Position numbers and translations under genes: made by a program. Shown piece by piece: positions 16,660 to 25,592 of a DNA stretch of 28,207 nucleotides. A model generated the notes under the pieces. It searched no databases, was not told the DNA's origin, and worked only from the letters and a program-made list of their open reading frames with translations. How positions within the stretch are numbered: the first letter of the stretch is position 1; the number at the start of each line of letters is the position of its first letter. Source of the stretch: Nitrospiraceae bacterium (GTDB taxonomy: Bacteria > Nitrospirota > Nitrospiria > Nitrospirales > Nitrospiraceae); the NCBI GenBank assembly GCA_039916745.1, contig JBDSKU010000477.1:1-28207 (forward strand), written 5' to 3'.

Positions 16660-17172
16660 CTAGGCCGGCACCACATCGTTCACATCGATCTCTACTGCTG
16701 CGGCTTGCTGAATGAGGCGAACACCCAGTACCAATCGATGGTGTTTTTCTTTGCGCAAGAGAATCCCGCGAACCCCTTGCAACGGACCTCGAATTACTTC
16801 CACTTGCATACCTTCCTGCAGATACGGATGCGAGTCGTAGGGCAACACACTGGTCATCAGGGTCCTGAGTGCGGCAATTTCTTCATCCGCAATCGGCTCC
16901 GGGCAATGGCTGGCCCCGACAATATCGACCACACCGATCGTCTTCAACACCGGCAGCTTTTGCTCCGATGCAAAACGGACGAAGCAATAGCCTGAAAAGA
17001 GCGGGACTTCAATTTCCCTCTTCCGATCCTTCCATTGACTGAGACGCTTGACCGTCGGCAATAGCGGCTCGATGCCCTGAGTCGCAAGCTGGTCGCGCAC
17101 GATCTTTTCATGACGTGACTTCGTTCGCAATGCATACCAACGTGAACCGTTTGTCTGGTTGGTCTGGTTCAT
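16660..17172 (-). CDS. UpxY/LoaP-type NusG-paralog transcription antiterminator
   Basis: NGN domain WYALRTKSRHEKIV...PLFSGYCFVRF; KOW motif GMQVEVIRGPLQGVRG; sits at the head of a polysaccharide operon. Confidence 0.92.
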   Translation of the reverse strand: MNQTNQTNGSRWYALRTKSRHEKIVRDQLATQGIEPLLPTVKRLSQWKDRKREIEVPLFSGYCFVRFASEQKLPVLKTIGVVDIVGASHCPEPIADEEIAALRTLMTSVLPYDSHPYLQEGMQVEVIRGPLQGVRGILLRKEKHHRLVLGVRLIQQAAAVEIDVNDVVPA

Positions 17173-17219
17173 GTCGTTTGTTTGGTGCGCAGATACGTGA
17201 TCAGGCCAATATTAGCCAT
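17169..17219 (-). CDS. Putative 16-aa leader peptide (MANIGLITYLRTKQTT) coupled to the antiterminator
   Basis: GAGGG SD 7 nt before ATG 17219; its TGA overlaps the antiterminator ATG (ATGA); the antiterminator start has no SD of its own. Confidence 0.35.
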   Translation of the reverse strand: MANIGLITYLRTKQTT

Positions 17220-17315
17220 CACTGAACCCTCAGCGCTCTGAATCTGACTACGGCGACGAGCATCTCTTTACAAACCAAAGCAAACCTCTTCACCCAAATA
17301 GACCGGTTACAGACG

Positions 17316-17391
17316 CAGCTCCGCCCTTTCACTTACAGTTTCAAATTGCACGCCCCACAAACATGTCGACTACGCGAGGACGCGCTACGCC
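17316..17391 (-). promoter_or_regulatory. ops-like pause/recruitment motifs
   Basis: GGCGTAGCGCG (17381-17391) directly after the regulator stop and GGCGGAGCTG (17316-17325); both are one-base-deletion variants of the RfaH ops core GGCGGTAG. Confidence 0.3.
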
Positions 17392-17979
17392 TTATGCGGG
17401 CAGACCGAGGCTCAGGACTTTTTCTCGTGGCACTCCCACCTTCACCAACTCTTCCTCACACGCTGCCGCTTGATCGAGATCAGTAATCAACACCCAATCG
17501 AATTGCCATCGACTCACCTTGTCAGGTGAAGAAATGGGACAAGAAAGAAACGACTCACGCGAGCTTCCGTCAATGAATCCCACGCACTCGACATTCATCT
17601 CTCGAAGCGACAGATAGGCCAATTCGGCTAACTCAGTCGTTCCGTAAATCACCACCCTCTGACCATGAGAACCATTGAGCCTGGACATCATCTCTTTAAG
17701 CCGAGCACGCATGTCTCGGTAGTACGAGAGGGAGTGCTGCATGTAGAGATAGGTCAGCCGAGACTTTTCGGCGAGTCCTTGCGGAGTCAACAGATACTGA
17801 ATGCGGTTGCGAGGGATGGTGGTGATCTTGATGCAGCCCTTGCGAGCGAGACGCTTGAGATACAGATTCGTCAGGCCAAGCGCCACACCAAGTTTCGTCG
17901 AGAGTGATCGCTGCGTCACGCCAGCGTCGCGCTCGACTTCAGAGAGCAAAAGGAGATCCCGTTGACCTTGCACGTTCAT
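17392..17979 (-). CDS. Winged helix-turn-helix (MarR/EPS-associated type) regulator with C-terminal Rossmann-like domain
   Basis: QRDLLLLSEVERDAGVTQRSLSTKLGVALGLTNLYLKRLARKG...YLLTPQG HTH/wing; C-terminal RVVIYGTTELAE...VGFIDG. ATG 17979 preferred over GTG 17985. Confidence 0.85.
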   Translation of the reverse strand: MNVQGQRDLLLLSEVERDAGVTQRSLSTKLGVALGLTNLYLKRLARKGCIKITTIPRNRIQYLLTPQGLAEKSRLTYLYMQHSLSYYRDMRARLKEMMSRLNGSHGQRVVIYGTTELAELAYLSLREMNVECVGFIDGSSRESFLSCPISSPDKVSRWQFDWVLITDLDQAAACEEELVKVGVPREKVLSLGLPA

Positions 17980-18004
17980 GAGCACAACCCCAACAGAGCG
18001 CTGC

Positions 18005-18019
18005 GTTCACGATATGAAC
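18005..18019. promoter_or_regulatory. Palindrome GTTCA-N5-TGAAC, candidate operator
   Basis: Perfect 5-5-5 inverted repeat 26 bp upstream of the regulator ATG; TTGACT (-35-like, minus strand) at 18035-18040; degenerate second copy GTTGT-N5-TGAAC over the start codon (17974-17988). Confidence 0.45.
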
Positions 18020-18224
18020 ATGCAAGCCATTGTGAGTCAAGAGAAATTATCGCACTGAGGTCCACGGAGGGTCGTGGGTGAAACTTGGCGACACAAAAAA
18101 ACGATTCAGATGGTTCTGCAGCTATAGGGAAGGGAACGCGACCGCATGAGCGGCACATTGGCAGGGACAATCTACCGTCGATTCGAACGGGCAGCGGTCA
18201 TACGTCAAAAACCCCATCATCATC

Positions 18225-19016
18225 TTATCCATCACATTTCTCGATTAGCGTATGCCCATAGCGAAATCGTTCGTACCGCTTGGTCCATTTATTCCTGAGA
18301 TCGGTCCAGCGCCGTGCAGCCCAATTGCCACGCACGGTTCGATTCCACTTCTTCTTAAAATGGGCAAGGTTTTCGGCGGGGTATACCTTGGTCTCGGATC
18401 GCTTAATGGCATCCTGCGTCACCATGCTGAAATGATGAATGAGCACCGATCCCGTCATGCCGACCGAGAATCCGGCTGCCTGCGCGCGCCAATAAAAGTC
18501 GATGTCTTCGCATCCCCCATAGGCAAACGCCTCATCGAACAAACCGACACGATCAAAGACCTCGCGGTTGATCATCAGGCAGGCGCCATATAACGCTGCC
18601 CGCGTGGCATGCTTGCATGATCGCGTAAATTCGATGGCATAGGCGTTCAAATCGTAACTCAGGTGCCCCTCGCGTGCCGCAGGGCTCACAATCCCGTGAT
18701 CCGCCTGCTCCATAAATTCCAGCAAGCCTTCGATCCAGCCCTTCGTCACAACTATATCGTTATTCAGAATACCGATAACCTCGCCGTGGCTGGCGCGCAC
18801 GCCCTGATTCCACGCCTTGGCGCAGCCGAGGTTCTGTTGATTCGTAATCACCGTCGCCTTCACGTCGCGCAGAAACTCCTGCGTCCCATCGGTCGATGCG
18901 TTGTCCACGATGATGAGTTCATAGGGTTGCTCCGTGCAGCGCGCGATGGATTCGAGACATTGCCTCGTATAGTCCAGCTGGTTATACACAGGGATCACAA
19001 GACTAATTTTCTTCAT
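18225..19016 (-). CDS. Glycosyltransferase family 2 (WcaE/rhamnosyltransferase-like)
   Basis: ISLVIPVYN, IIVDNASTDGT, NLGCAKAWNQG, ILNNDI, GACLMI, GLFDEAF..EDIDF. Start corrected to ATG 19016 (AGGGA SD). Confidence 0.9.
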   Translation of the reverse strand: MKKISLVIPVYNQLDYTRQCLESIARCTEQPYELIIVDNASTDGTQEFLRDVKATVITNQQNLGCAKAWNQGVRASHGEVIGILNNDIVVTKGWIEGLLEFMEQADHGIVSPAAREGHLSYDLNAYAIEFTRSCKHATRAALYGACLMINREVFDRVGLFDEAFAYGGCEDIDFYWRAQAAGFSVGMTGSVLIHHFSMVTQDAIKRSETKVYPAENLAHFKKKWNRTVRGNWAARRWTDLRNKWTKRYERFRYGHTLIEKCDG

Positions 19017-19024
19017 CGCGTTCC

Positions 19025-20119
19025 CTACAAAGCGTTCCGGCATATCTCCAAGAACTGCGCGGCGCGCGGTTCACAGGCATGAAACTTCAACAGATGGGCG
19101 TGCCCTGCGCCTGCAATGGCTTCCCGCTCGGCATCGTGGGAGGCATAGTACCGGACTAACTCCTGTAAATCACTCAAATCGGATTGGCAAAAGACAGCAT
19201 GTGTACGGTGCTCGTAGTTATGCGGAATCACAATGTCCGGTTTCTCGGATAGCAGAAAGGTCCCACTGGCGACGATCTCCCAATAGCGCAACGTATCGAA
19301 CCCTCCTCCCCGTATCGAGACGGCCACCTTCGATCTCGCCAGGGCGCGATAATAGTCCTCCGGCGAGAGTTTTCGTCGCTGGATTTCCTCCGGCACCGTA
19401 GAAGGATCCCTGATCTTGGCAATTAATCGCTTCAGGGTTGTCGCTTCGAGCTTATACGCCTTATCCGTCGCCGCCGCATACAATCCTGCCGCCACCGTCA
19501 GCCCCTCCTGCGCCAGCGGTTCGAGAAGGGTCATGGCTTGCGCTCGTTTTTGGTGCGAGGCAATGCCATAGAACGACACGTCGATATCCTTCGCGCAGCC
19601 ATGGTGCTGAGTAATAGCATCGGACACCACACACATCGTGAGCGGATGGGTCCGCTCGAACAATCGGCGATTGAAATGGAAGGCCCTGGCACAGTCCACA
19701 AAACGCCCCAACTTCGACGTCGAAGTCCACCGGTACTCGCGTTTGAAATACGCCGCGAGCGGGAATCGCTCGTCCACTTCATGTCGAATACGCGAATCGT
19801 CCGCGCCGTCAATGTAGACGATGGGCGGGAGTGGAACCGCTTGACTCAGCCGCTCAAGATTGGCAAGACAGTCAGACCGGTGCGAAGCAACACAGACCAG
19901 ATCGAACACCTTGTCCCGCAACAAATCGCAAATATCGGTGTCCGAATACCCGAGGTCTGGAACTTGCGGAAGGAACCACCGCTTATCTTCACGTCTGTGA
20001 AAAATGTTCTTGGAGGGAAAATCAACCACCTGTTCCTGGCCTAATAACCTCACGAGACCAATATACAACGGATCGGAAACCAGGTCCTGGAGCTGATCAA
20101 CGACAAATAGAATCTTCAT
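19025..20119 (-). CDS. GT-B glycosyltransferase (YkvP/CgeB, Glyco_trans_1_2-like)
   Basis: YFKRE, DIDVSFYG, YYRALARSKVAVSIRGGGFDTLRYWEIVASGTFLLSE, REAIAGAG...H. Confidence 0.75.
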   Translation of the reverse strand: MKILFVVDQLQDLVSDPLYIGLVRLLGQEQVVDFPSKNIFHRREDKRWFLPQVPDLGYSDTDICDLLRDKVFDLVCVASHRSDCLANLERLSQAVPLPPIVYIDGADDSRIRHEVDERFPLAAYFKREYRWTSTSKLGRFVDCARAFHFNRRLFERTHPLTMCVVSDAITQHHGCAKDIDVSFYGIASHQKRAQAMTLLEPLAQEGLTVAAGLYAAATDKAYKLEATTLKRLIAKIRDPSTVPEEIQRRKLSPEDYYRALARSKVAVSIRGGGFDTLRYWEIVASGTFLLSEKPDIVIPHNYEHRTHAVFCQSDLSDLQELVRYYASHDAEREAIAGAGHAHLLKFHACEPRAAQFLEICRNAL

Positions 20120-20122
20120 GTC

Positions 20123-21148
20123 TTAGGATGGTTTTTCAGCCATCGCCTTGAGTTCTCCTCCATATCCAAGATGCCCAAGAACGAGACAGCCCACACCTGC
20201 CACATGGCGCAACACGCTGCCATGTTTCCGTTGACTCTTTGCGACGTACTGGAAATAGCAATCTGCGCTCCCCAGGAAAGACGACTTACTTGTGCTGGTC
20301 GTTGTCTTCACAGCCTGAAAGCCTGCCAATTCAAGGAGTCTCGCACTTGAGCGCCGATCGAAATGGAACAAATGCCGTGGAGGATCCCAGGCGACCCACC
20401 AATCGCCGAACAATGCCGCTTCGGCACTCCCTGCGTTCGGGAGAAAAAGCAGTACCCGGCCTCCCGGTTTCAAGATTCGACGGGCCTCCTGAAGGGTTGC
20501 AACCGGATCAAACACATGCTCCAACGAATGACTGAAGTTCACGACATCGAAATAATTGCTCTCAAATCCTGCCGTCAAGAGGTCGCCCTCCTTCACGTTC
20601 AATCCGACGCTCTGCGCCCGGTTGACGGCGACCGGGCTGAAATCTACCCCGTACACATCCCAGCCCTGCCCGCGAAGCTCTTGGAGCAGTCGACCCGGGC
20701 CGCACCCGACGTCTAACAATCGCCCCTGGCCATTAAACGGAAGAATATCGCGTCCAGCAAATCGCAAATGCCAATATTCCGGATAGAGCGCGATACGCCT
20801 GAGCAGTCGAACCACCCAACTGCGGCTCGTACCGGGATACCCGTAAAACTCTTCCCGAATCCCCTTCTTCATCACTTTCGACAACCGCTTAAACACGCGA
20901 TCCACCTTCGTCCGACTGGAGAGTTCGGCCGGAGGATAATATTCCGATGGATAATAGACCTTGATCTCCTCTCGGGTCGGTCGCGGATTCAGATACGTGA
21001 ACCCACAGGAACAGGTGATCAGAGTGAAGGTCTCATCCTTGACGTCAGCGTTACACGCTCCGGTGGACGGGATCACTCGCGCCGTTCCACCAGTGGATCC
21101 ACAGAGAATACAGGCAACCGTTTCCATCGTGTATGCGTCCTTCGTCAA
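20123..21148 (-). CDS. Class I SAM-dependent methyltransferase with N-terminal Cys cluster
   Basis: CILC...CSCGFTYLNPRP, LLDVGCGPG, GVDFS, HSLEHVFDP, LKPGG, PPRHLFHF. Confidence 0.87.
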   Translation of the reverse strand: MTKDAYTMETVACILCGSTGGTARVIPSTGACNADVKDETFTLITCSCGFTYLNPRPTREEIKVYYPSEYYPPAELSSRTKVDRVFKRLSKVMKKGIREEFYGYPGTSRSWVVRLLRRIALYPEYWHLRFAGRDILPFNGQGRLLDVGCGPGRLLQELRGQGWDVYGVDFSPVAVNRAQSVGLNVKEGDLLTAGFESNYFDVVNFSHSLEHVFDPVATLQEARRILKPGGRVLLFLPNAGSAEAALFGDWWVAWDPPRHLFHFDRRSSARLLELAGFQAVKTTTSTSKSSFLGSADCYFQYVAKSQRKHGSVLRHVAGVGCLVLGHLGYGGELKAMAEKPS

Positions 21149-22192
21149 TCAGCGGCAGGCGGATTCGGATGTTCCGCTGCGGCGACCCAGTGGAATCAAC
21201 CGTTGAATTCTGGCAAGCACCTCGCCAAGATCGATCTGTTTCATGCAATTCCCTTCTTCCCGCATGCAGGTTGGATGAAAACATGCGCGGCAATCAAGCC
21301 CCTTGTAGATGACCTCAGCCGGTCCGCCACGCGGTCCCCACTCATCGGGATTCGAGGGGCCGAATAACGCCACCATCGGGGTGCCCACGGCTGCGGCAAT
21401 ATGCATGGCGCCGCTATCGTTTCCGACAAATAGCGCCGCGCGTTGGGCGATCGCGGCAAACTCCTTGAGCGTCGCCTGTCCCGCTAAACTGATCGGACGG
21501 CTTTTCGCCGCTGCCTGAATGCGTTGTGCCAATGCCTCGTCTTCCCGACTGCCACCGATGAGGACCTGATAGCCATAGTCGCTCGCAAGGCGATCGGCGA
21601 GTTCGGCAAATCGTTCGTGCGGCCAAGCCTTGAACCAATAACGGGCGGCCGGCTGAAGGATGGCGATCGGTTGATCTCGTCTGACACCGAGCCGGCCGAG
21701 CAATTGGTCGGCACGCGCGACATCCTCTCCTGTCAGGCACAATCTGGGAGGCTCCTGGCTTGCGTGAAGACCCAACGGTTTCAATGCGGCCGCGTCCCGG
21801 TCAATCCGATGCTGCACACCTGGCCCTGGCAAGACCACCTGCGTATAACACCGCCCGCGCCAACGATGCTCGTCGTTGAATCCAATGCGAACCGGCGCCC
21901 CACTGATCCAGCTCAAAAACGCAGACCGGTCTCCATCCGTCAAATCGATGACCGTGTCGAATCGACGACGACGCAGCTCGACGATAAGCCGCCATTGTGC
22001 CGTCAGCGATCCTTTGTCGAGGACCATGATCTCGTCCAGGTCCTGGTTGCCGGACAAGAGGCCTTCAGTCCCGCGATTCACCATCATCGTGACCCGGACA
22101 TCCGGTCTTGCCGCTTTGATCGCACGCACAGTCGGCGTCGCCAATAAGACGTCACCAATGTAGCGCAGCTTGATGATCAGGACGTTTCTCAT
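21149..22192 (-). CDS. rfaQ: GT9 LPS heptosyltransferase (WaaQ/RfaQ III-like)
   Basis: LIIKLRYIGDVLLATP, YWFKAWPHERFA, GQATLKEFAA, FVGNDSGAMHIAAAVGTPMVALFGPS..WGP. Confidence 0.8.
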   Translation of the reverse strand: MRNVLIIKLRYIGDVLLATPTVRAIKAARPDVRVTMMVNRGTEGLLSGNQDLDEIMVLDKGSLTAQWRLIVELRRRRFDTVIDLTDGDRSAFLSWISGAPVRIGFNDEHRWRGRCYTQVVLPGPGVQHRIDRDAAALKPLGLHASQEPPRLCLTGEDVARADQLLGRLGVRRDQPIAILQPAARYWFKAWPHERFAELADRLASDYGYQVLIGGSREDEALAQRIQAAAKSRPISLAGQATLKEFAAIAQRAALFVGNDSGAMHIAAAVGTPMVALFGPSNPDEWGPRGGPAEVIYKGLDCRACFHPTCMREEGNCMKQIDLGEVLARIQRLIPLGRRSGTSESACR

Positions 22193-22212
22193 CGCGTACT
22201 CAGTGATGGTTC

Positions 22213-23325
22213 TTAGCTTTTTCCTTCACACAATTCCCGGTATAGCGCGACGGTCTTGGCTCCAGCTTGCTCCCAGGAATACTGCTTGGCGCGCTCGAAT
22301 CCTTTGACCCTCAATGTGGCTCGAAGGGACTCATCCTCCAGCACACGAATCATGGCCTCTCCAAGCGCTCGCGGATCCTGAGGATCTGCCAACACCGCCG
22401 CATCGCCTGCGACTTCTGCCAGCGCGGTCGAATTGGACGTGAGCACCGGCGCCCCACAGGCCATCGCTTCTAAAACCGGCATCCCAAACCCTTCGTACAG
22501 CGACGGAAACACAAACAGATCGGCAGCGGAATACAATAACTGCAGATCGCTCGTGGACAGCCTCCCTGGACAGAGCGCCTTTTCCTGCAAGCTACGCCGC
22601 CGAGCCGTCTCTTCATAGTTTCCAAACGGATGGATGGGCGAGCCGACCAGGACCAACATTCTCGCCCCCAGCTTTCTCCGCACCATCTCAGCGCCTTCAA
22701 GAAACGTCTGGTGATTCTTACGCGGGTCCGCCCCTCCGATAAATAAGACAAATCGTTCAGTCTTCAGACCGATCCGTTTCCGCAACTCCGCCATCGCCTG
22801 CTCATCACGACGTGGCACAAAATCGTCCGATACGCCGTTGGGAATCACCCTGATATGCTCGCGTTTCAACCCATAGAGCTCCACGAGTTCTCTCGCGGAA
22901 AACTCGGACACCGTGATCGTTTTTCTGGCTCGCAACGCCGTTTGCCTTGTCTTAAACGACGACGGCCACTGGCCCAACATCTTCTTCGAGAACTCGGGGT
23001 GGCGATCCAACCAGAGATCGTGAATAGTCACCACTCCGCCAAATCGCCCGACTGCCTGCATCCGAAAATTGGTCCCATGGTACAAATCCAATTGATCGGA
23101 CGAGCCCCGCTTTCCCATCCCCCAGCGGCTCGAGTTCACCCACTGCAGCCGCTCAACGCCCGGCCATGCAGCCAACGAATCAGGCCGCTCGGCGCCTGGT
23201 TTGGCATAGGCCACAAAATCGAGGCCTTCTTGCCGTGCCAACATCGTACGAAGCAAGTGGTAGCTGTGCCACCCAACCCCACCCATATCACCCACCATCG
23301 GATTCGCATCAAAACCGATTCTCAT
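22213..23325 (-). CDS. Glycosyltransferase family 4 (MtfB/WbpY-like)
   Basis: [51 protein letters not shown] (EX7E). Confidence 0.92.
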   Translation of the reverse strand: MRIGFDANPMVGDMGGVGWHSYHLLRTMLARQEGLDFVAYAKPGAERPDSLAAWPGVERLQWVNSSRWGMGKRGSSDQLDLYHGTNFRMQAVGRFGGVVTIHDLWLDRHPEFSKKMLGQWPSSFKTRQTALRARKTITVSEFSARELVELYGLKREHIRVIPNGVSDDFVPRRDEQAMAELRKRIGLKTERFVLFIGGADPRKNHQTFLEGAEMVRRKLGARMLVLVGSPIHPFGNYEETARRRSLQEKALCPGRLSTSDLQLLYSAADLFVFPSLYEGFGMPVLEAMACGAPVLTSNSTALAEVAGDAAVLADPQDPRALGEAMIRVLEDESLRATLRVKGFERAKQYSWEQAGAKTVALYRELCEGKS

Positions 23326-23338
23326 CCTCGCCCCTTCT

Positions 23339-23466
23339 CACGGGATACTGAAAAAGTCCACCAGCGTCGTTCTCGCATCGTTCAGGGCCTCAACGTACCC
23401 CCAAGGGTACGCCTCGGCCCTTCGCTCGCTGCGGCCTTGCTGGATGGCCATGTTGAGTATCCCGTG
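23339..23466. repeat. ~128-bp palindromic intergenic element (MITE/REP-like), copy 2
   Basis: Terminal inverted repeat CACGGGATACT / AGTATCCCGTG, central hairpin CGTACCC-ccaa-GGGTACG; aligns end to end with 25468-25592. Confidence 0.85.
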
Positions 23467-23540
23467 CGTCACGCTTTCTAACGTCCTACCCATGTGAACC
23501 CCAAAATCCCTAAATTACGCCAGAACGTTCCTCCTGCTTT

Positions 23541-24659
23541 CTAGACTCCCAATACTTCACTGTAGAATTGCTCCATCTTCAGAACGGACGCATCGAGACT
23601 AAATCGCTCCTGCGCACGCGCCATTCCGTTTCGGCCCATCTGTTCTCGACGAGCTCGATCTTCCAGGAGAGACACCACGGTTGCCGCCAATGATTCGACA
23701 TCTCCCGGAGGCACAAGTAGGCCCGTCTCTCCCTGCGCCACGACTTCGGGAAGCCCTCCTGTCGTGGTTGCAACCACGGCTTTCCCCATAGCCATCGCTT
23801 CGACCACCGCAATCCCAAATCCCTCCATCAGTGCCGGGTGCACATACAGATCGAGGCAGGCCAGGATGGGCTGAACCGGGTCTTGAAAGCCAACGATGTG
23901 TACGCGGTCAGCGATCTTCAGCTCCTGCGCGAGCCGCTTCAATCGATCGGCATAGTCGTGATCGTCACTGCCCACGATCACGTAATGCACCGTGGGGATG
24001 GCACGGACAATCGCCGGAATGGCCCGAAGCATGACCTCATAGCCTTTTCGTGGGAACAGATTGGCGACGGTGCCGACCAGAACCGCTCCTTCCGGAACCC
24101 CGATCATCCGGCGCATTGACTGATCGTCGCGCGCGAGTGGTTTCTCCGAGAGATCAATGCCGCTGTAAATAGTCCGCACCTTACCAGCCGACACCCCGCC
24201 AGCGATCAATGACTGTTCAATCTGCCGAGAGATGGCGATGACGGCCTCGACTCGATCAAGCTGATACCGTCGTACCTTCGCCGGCTCGATTTCCTGCCGC
24301 ACATGCGCCACGATCGGCAGGGGCTTCGATAGACCGCGTACGGCCCTCACAGTATGGGGCACCCACCAGATATCGTTCACATGGATCATGGCAGGGTCGA
24401 TCTGATGCACAAGAACCTCCAGACGCCGAACTGCCGACCGGCGCTGAAAGAATGCACGGAGCTTTCTCCAGGGAGGGAGACTGAGTGCATGAGTGGGAAC
24501 TGCGATCGCATGGAGCTGATCGTGGAAGGGCCCCGTCCCTGGACAGACCACATGCGGCTCCCATTTGTGTCGATCGAGGGTCTGCAACAAAGCCATCAGA
24601 TCGCGCTCCGCCCCTCCGATGGCTTCAACCCCATGCACGTAGAGAATTCGCGTGGCCAC
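23541..24659 (-). CDS. Glycosyltransferase family 4
   Basis: ILYVHGVEAIGGAE, IYSGID, VANLFPRKG, YVHPALMEGFGIAVVEAMAMG (EX7E), GLLVPPGD. Start corrected to GTG 24659 (TAGTG overlap). Confidence 0.9.
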   Translation of the reverse strand: MATRILYVHGVEAIGGAERDLMALLQTLDRHKWEPHVVCPGTGPFHDQLHAIAVPTHALSLPPWRKLRAFFQRRSAVRRLEVLVHQIDPAMIHVNDIWWVPHTVRAVRGLSKPLPIVAHVRQEIEPAKVRRYQLDRVEAVIAISRQIEQSLIAGGVSAGKVRTIYSGIDLSEKPLARDDQSMRRMIGVPEGAVLVGTVANLFPRKGYEVMLRAIPAIVRAIPTVHYVIVGSDDHDYADRLKRLAQELKIADRVHIVGFQDPVQPILACLDLYVHPALMEGFGIAVVEAMAMGKAVVATTTGGLPEVVAQGETGLLVPPGDVESLAATVVSLLEDRARREQMGRNGMARAQERFSLDASVLKMEQFYSEVLGV

Positions 24660-25450
24660 TATCTGGCATCCGGGTGAGAAGCCGCCTGCCTGGTGACATC
24701 CCACAGCTTGGCATATTTCACAAAGGTGTACATGCTGGCGAACACACAGACAATGAGTCCGCGCACCCCATCGCGAAACCCATTTTTCAAGACATAGGTC
24801 TTGAGGAACACCACCAGGGGACGAAAGACCAGGTCGCTCCAGCGAACCTTCCTAACCTTCTTGGCCTTCTCCTGTGCCGCCAGCGTGGTATAGAGCCCGA
24901 ACTTCTTGAAGTGATCCTGAATGCGCCGCTCCGTATGATGATCGAGGTGCTCGACCAATGTCCCAATCTCCCCCTCGACAAGAAGATTTTCATGCACCGC
25001 GACATCGTTATACTGGGCCAGCCCACGACGAAACAGCCGCACTTGATAATCGGGATAGACTCCGCCCCCTCGCACCCACGCGCCATAGAAAAAGTTCTTG
25101 CGCGGGATCCGATAGGCCACAGGTGCGCCAGGCCTCCATCGCTCGATGCAGGTCCGCACCTCTCCACGAAGCTCTTCAGTCACCCGTTCATCGGCATCGA
25201 GGATCAGCACCCACTCAGACGACGCCTGTGCCATCCCGAAATTTTTCTGCAGACCGAAACCGGGCCAAGGACGTACAGAGACCTTTGCTCCACTGGCACG
25301 GGCTAGCTCGACAGTCCGATCGCGGCTTTCCGCATCGACCACGATGATCTCATCCACCCACCGAACCGACGTCAGGCAATCGGCAATATTCCGTTCCTCA
25401 TTCTTCGTGATGACCACACATGCCACTGTTGGCCTATTTATGGCTATCAC
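24659..25450 (-). CDS. Glycosyltransferase family 2 (WaaE/KdtX-like LPS core glucosyltransferase)
   Basis: VVITKNEE, VVDAESRDRT, WPGFGLQKN, LILDADER, RLFRR, KYAKLW. True start GTG 25450 with AGAGGAGG SD; the ORF-track extension to 25606 runs through the repeat. Confidence 0.9.
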   Translation of the reverse strand: MIAINRPTVACVVITKNEERNIADCLTSVRWVDEIIVVDAESRDRTVELARASGAKVSVRPWPGFGLQKNFGMAQASSEWVLILDADERVTEELRGEVRTCIERWRPGAPVAYRIPRKNFFYGAWVRGGGVYPDYQVRLFRRGLAQYNDVAVHENLLVEGEIGTLVEHLDHHTERRIQDHFKKFGLYTTLAAQEKAKKVRKVRWSDLVFRPLVVFLKTYVLKNGFRDGVRGLIVCVFASMYTFVKYAKLWDVTRQAASHPDAR

Positions 25451-25467
25451 GAAGCACACCTCCTCTA

Positions 25468-25592
25468 ACAGGATGCTGAAAAAGTCCGCCAGCTTTGTTC
25501 TCGCATCGCTCAGAGACTCGACGTACCCCAAGGGTACGCCTCGCCTTCTCGCTCGCTGCGGCCGCGCTGGACGGCCTTTTTGAGCATCCTGT
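25468..25592. repeat. ~125-bp palindromic intergenic element (MITE/REP-like), copy 1
   Basis: Terminal inverted repeat ACAGGATGCTGAAAAAG / CTTTTTGAGCATCCTGT (1 mismatch in 17), central hairpin CGTACCC-caa-GGGTACG. Confidence 0.87.

Noticed and set aside
17149-17169. 9-bp tandem repeat encoding NQTNQTN at the antiterminator N-terminus
   Set aside because: Only about two units, in frame and in a likely disordered tail; not a credible phase-variation tract.
18010-18040. Complete sigma70 promoter upstream of the regulator
   Set aside because: TTGACT is a good -35, but the best -10 (TATCGT) is 20 bp away and the 17-18 bp candidates match poorly; kept only as context.
18095-18125. T7 run on the minus strand after CAGA-acca-TCTG as a possible terminator
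   Set aside because: The stem is only 4 bp and is separated from the U-tract by 5 nt; too weak to call.
4246-25306. Long plus-strand ORFs (e.g. 4246-4890, 6966-7568, 8811-9626, 21524-22147, 22855-23481, 24485-25306)
   Set aside because: All lie antisense to well-supported minus-strand genes, have no recognisable motifs and are expected shadows in GC-rich coding DNA.
23339-25592. CRISPR array, tRNA or intact IS interpretation of the repeats
   Set aside because: Only two copies 2 kb apart with genes between them, no spacers or cas genes, no cloverleaf/CCA, and no transposase.
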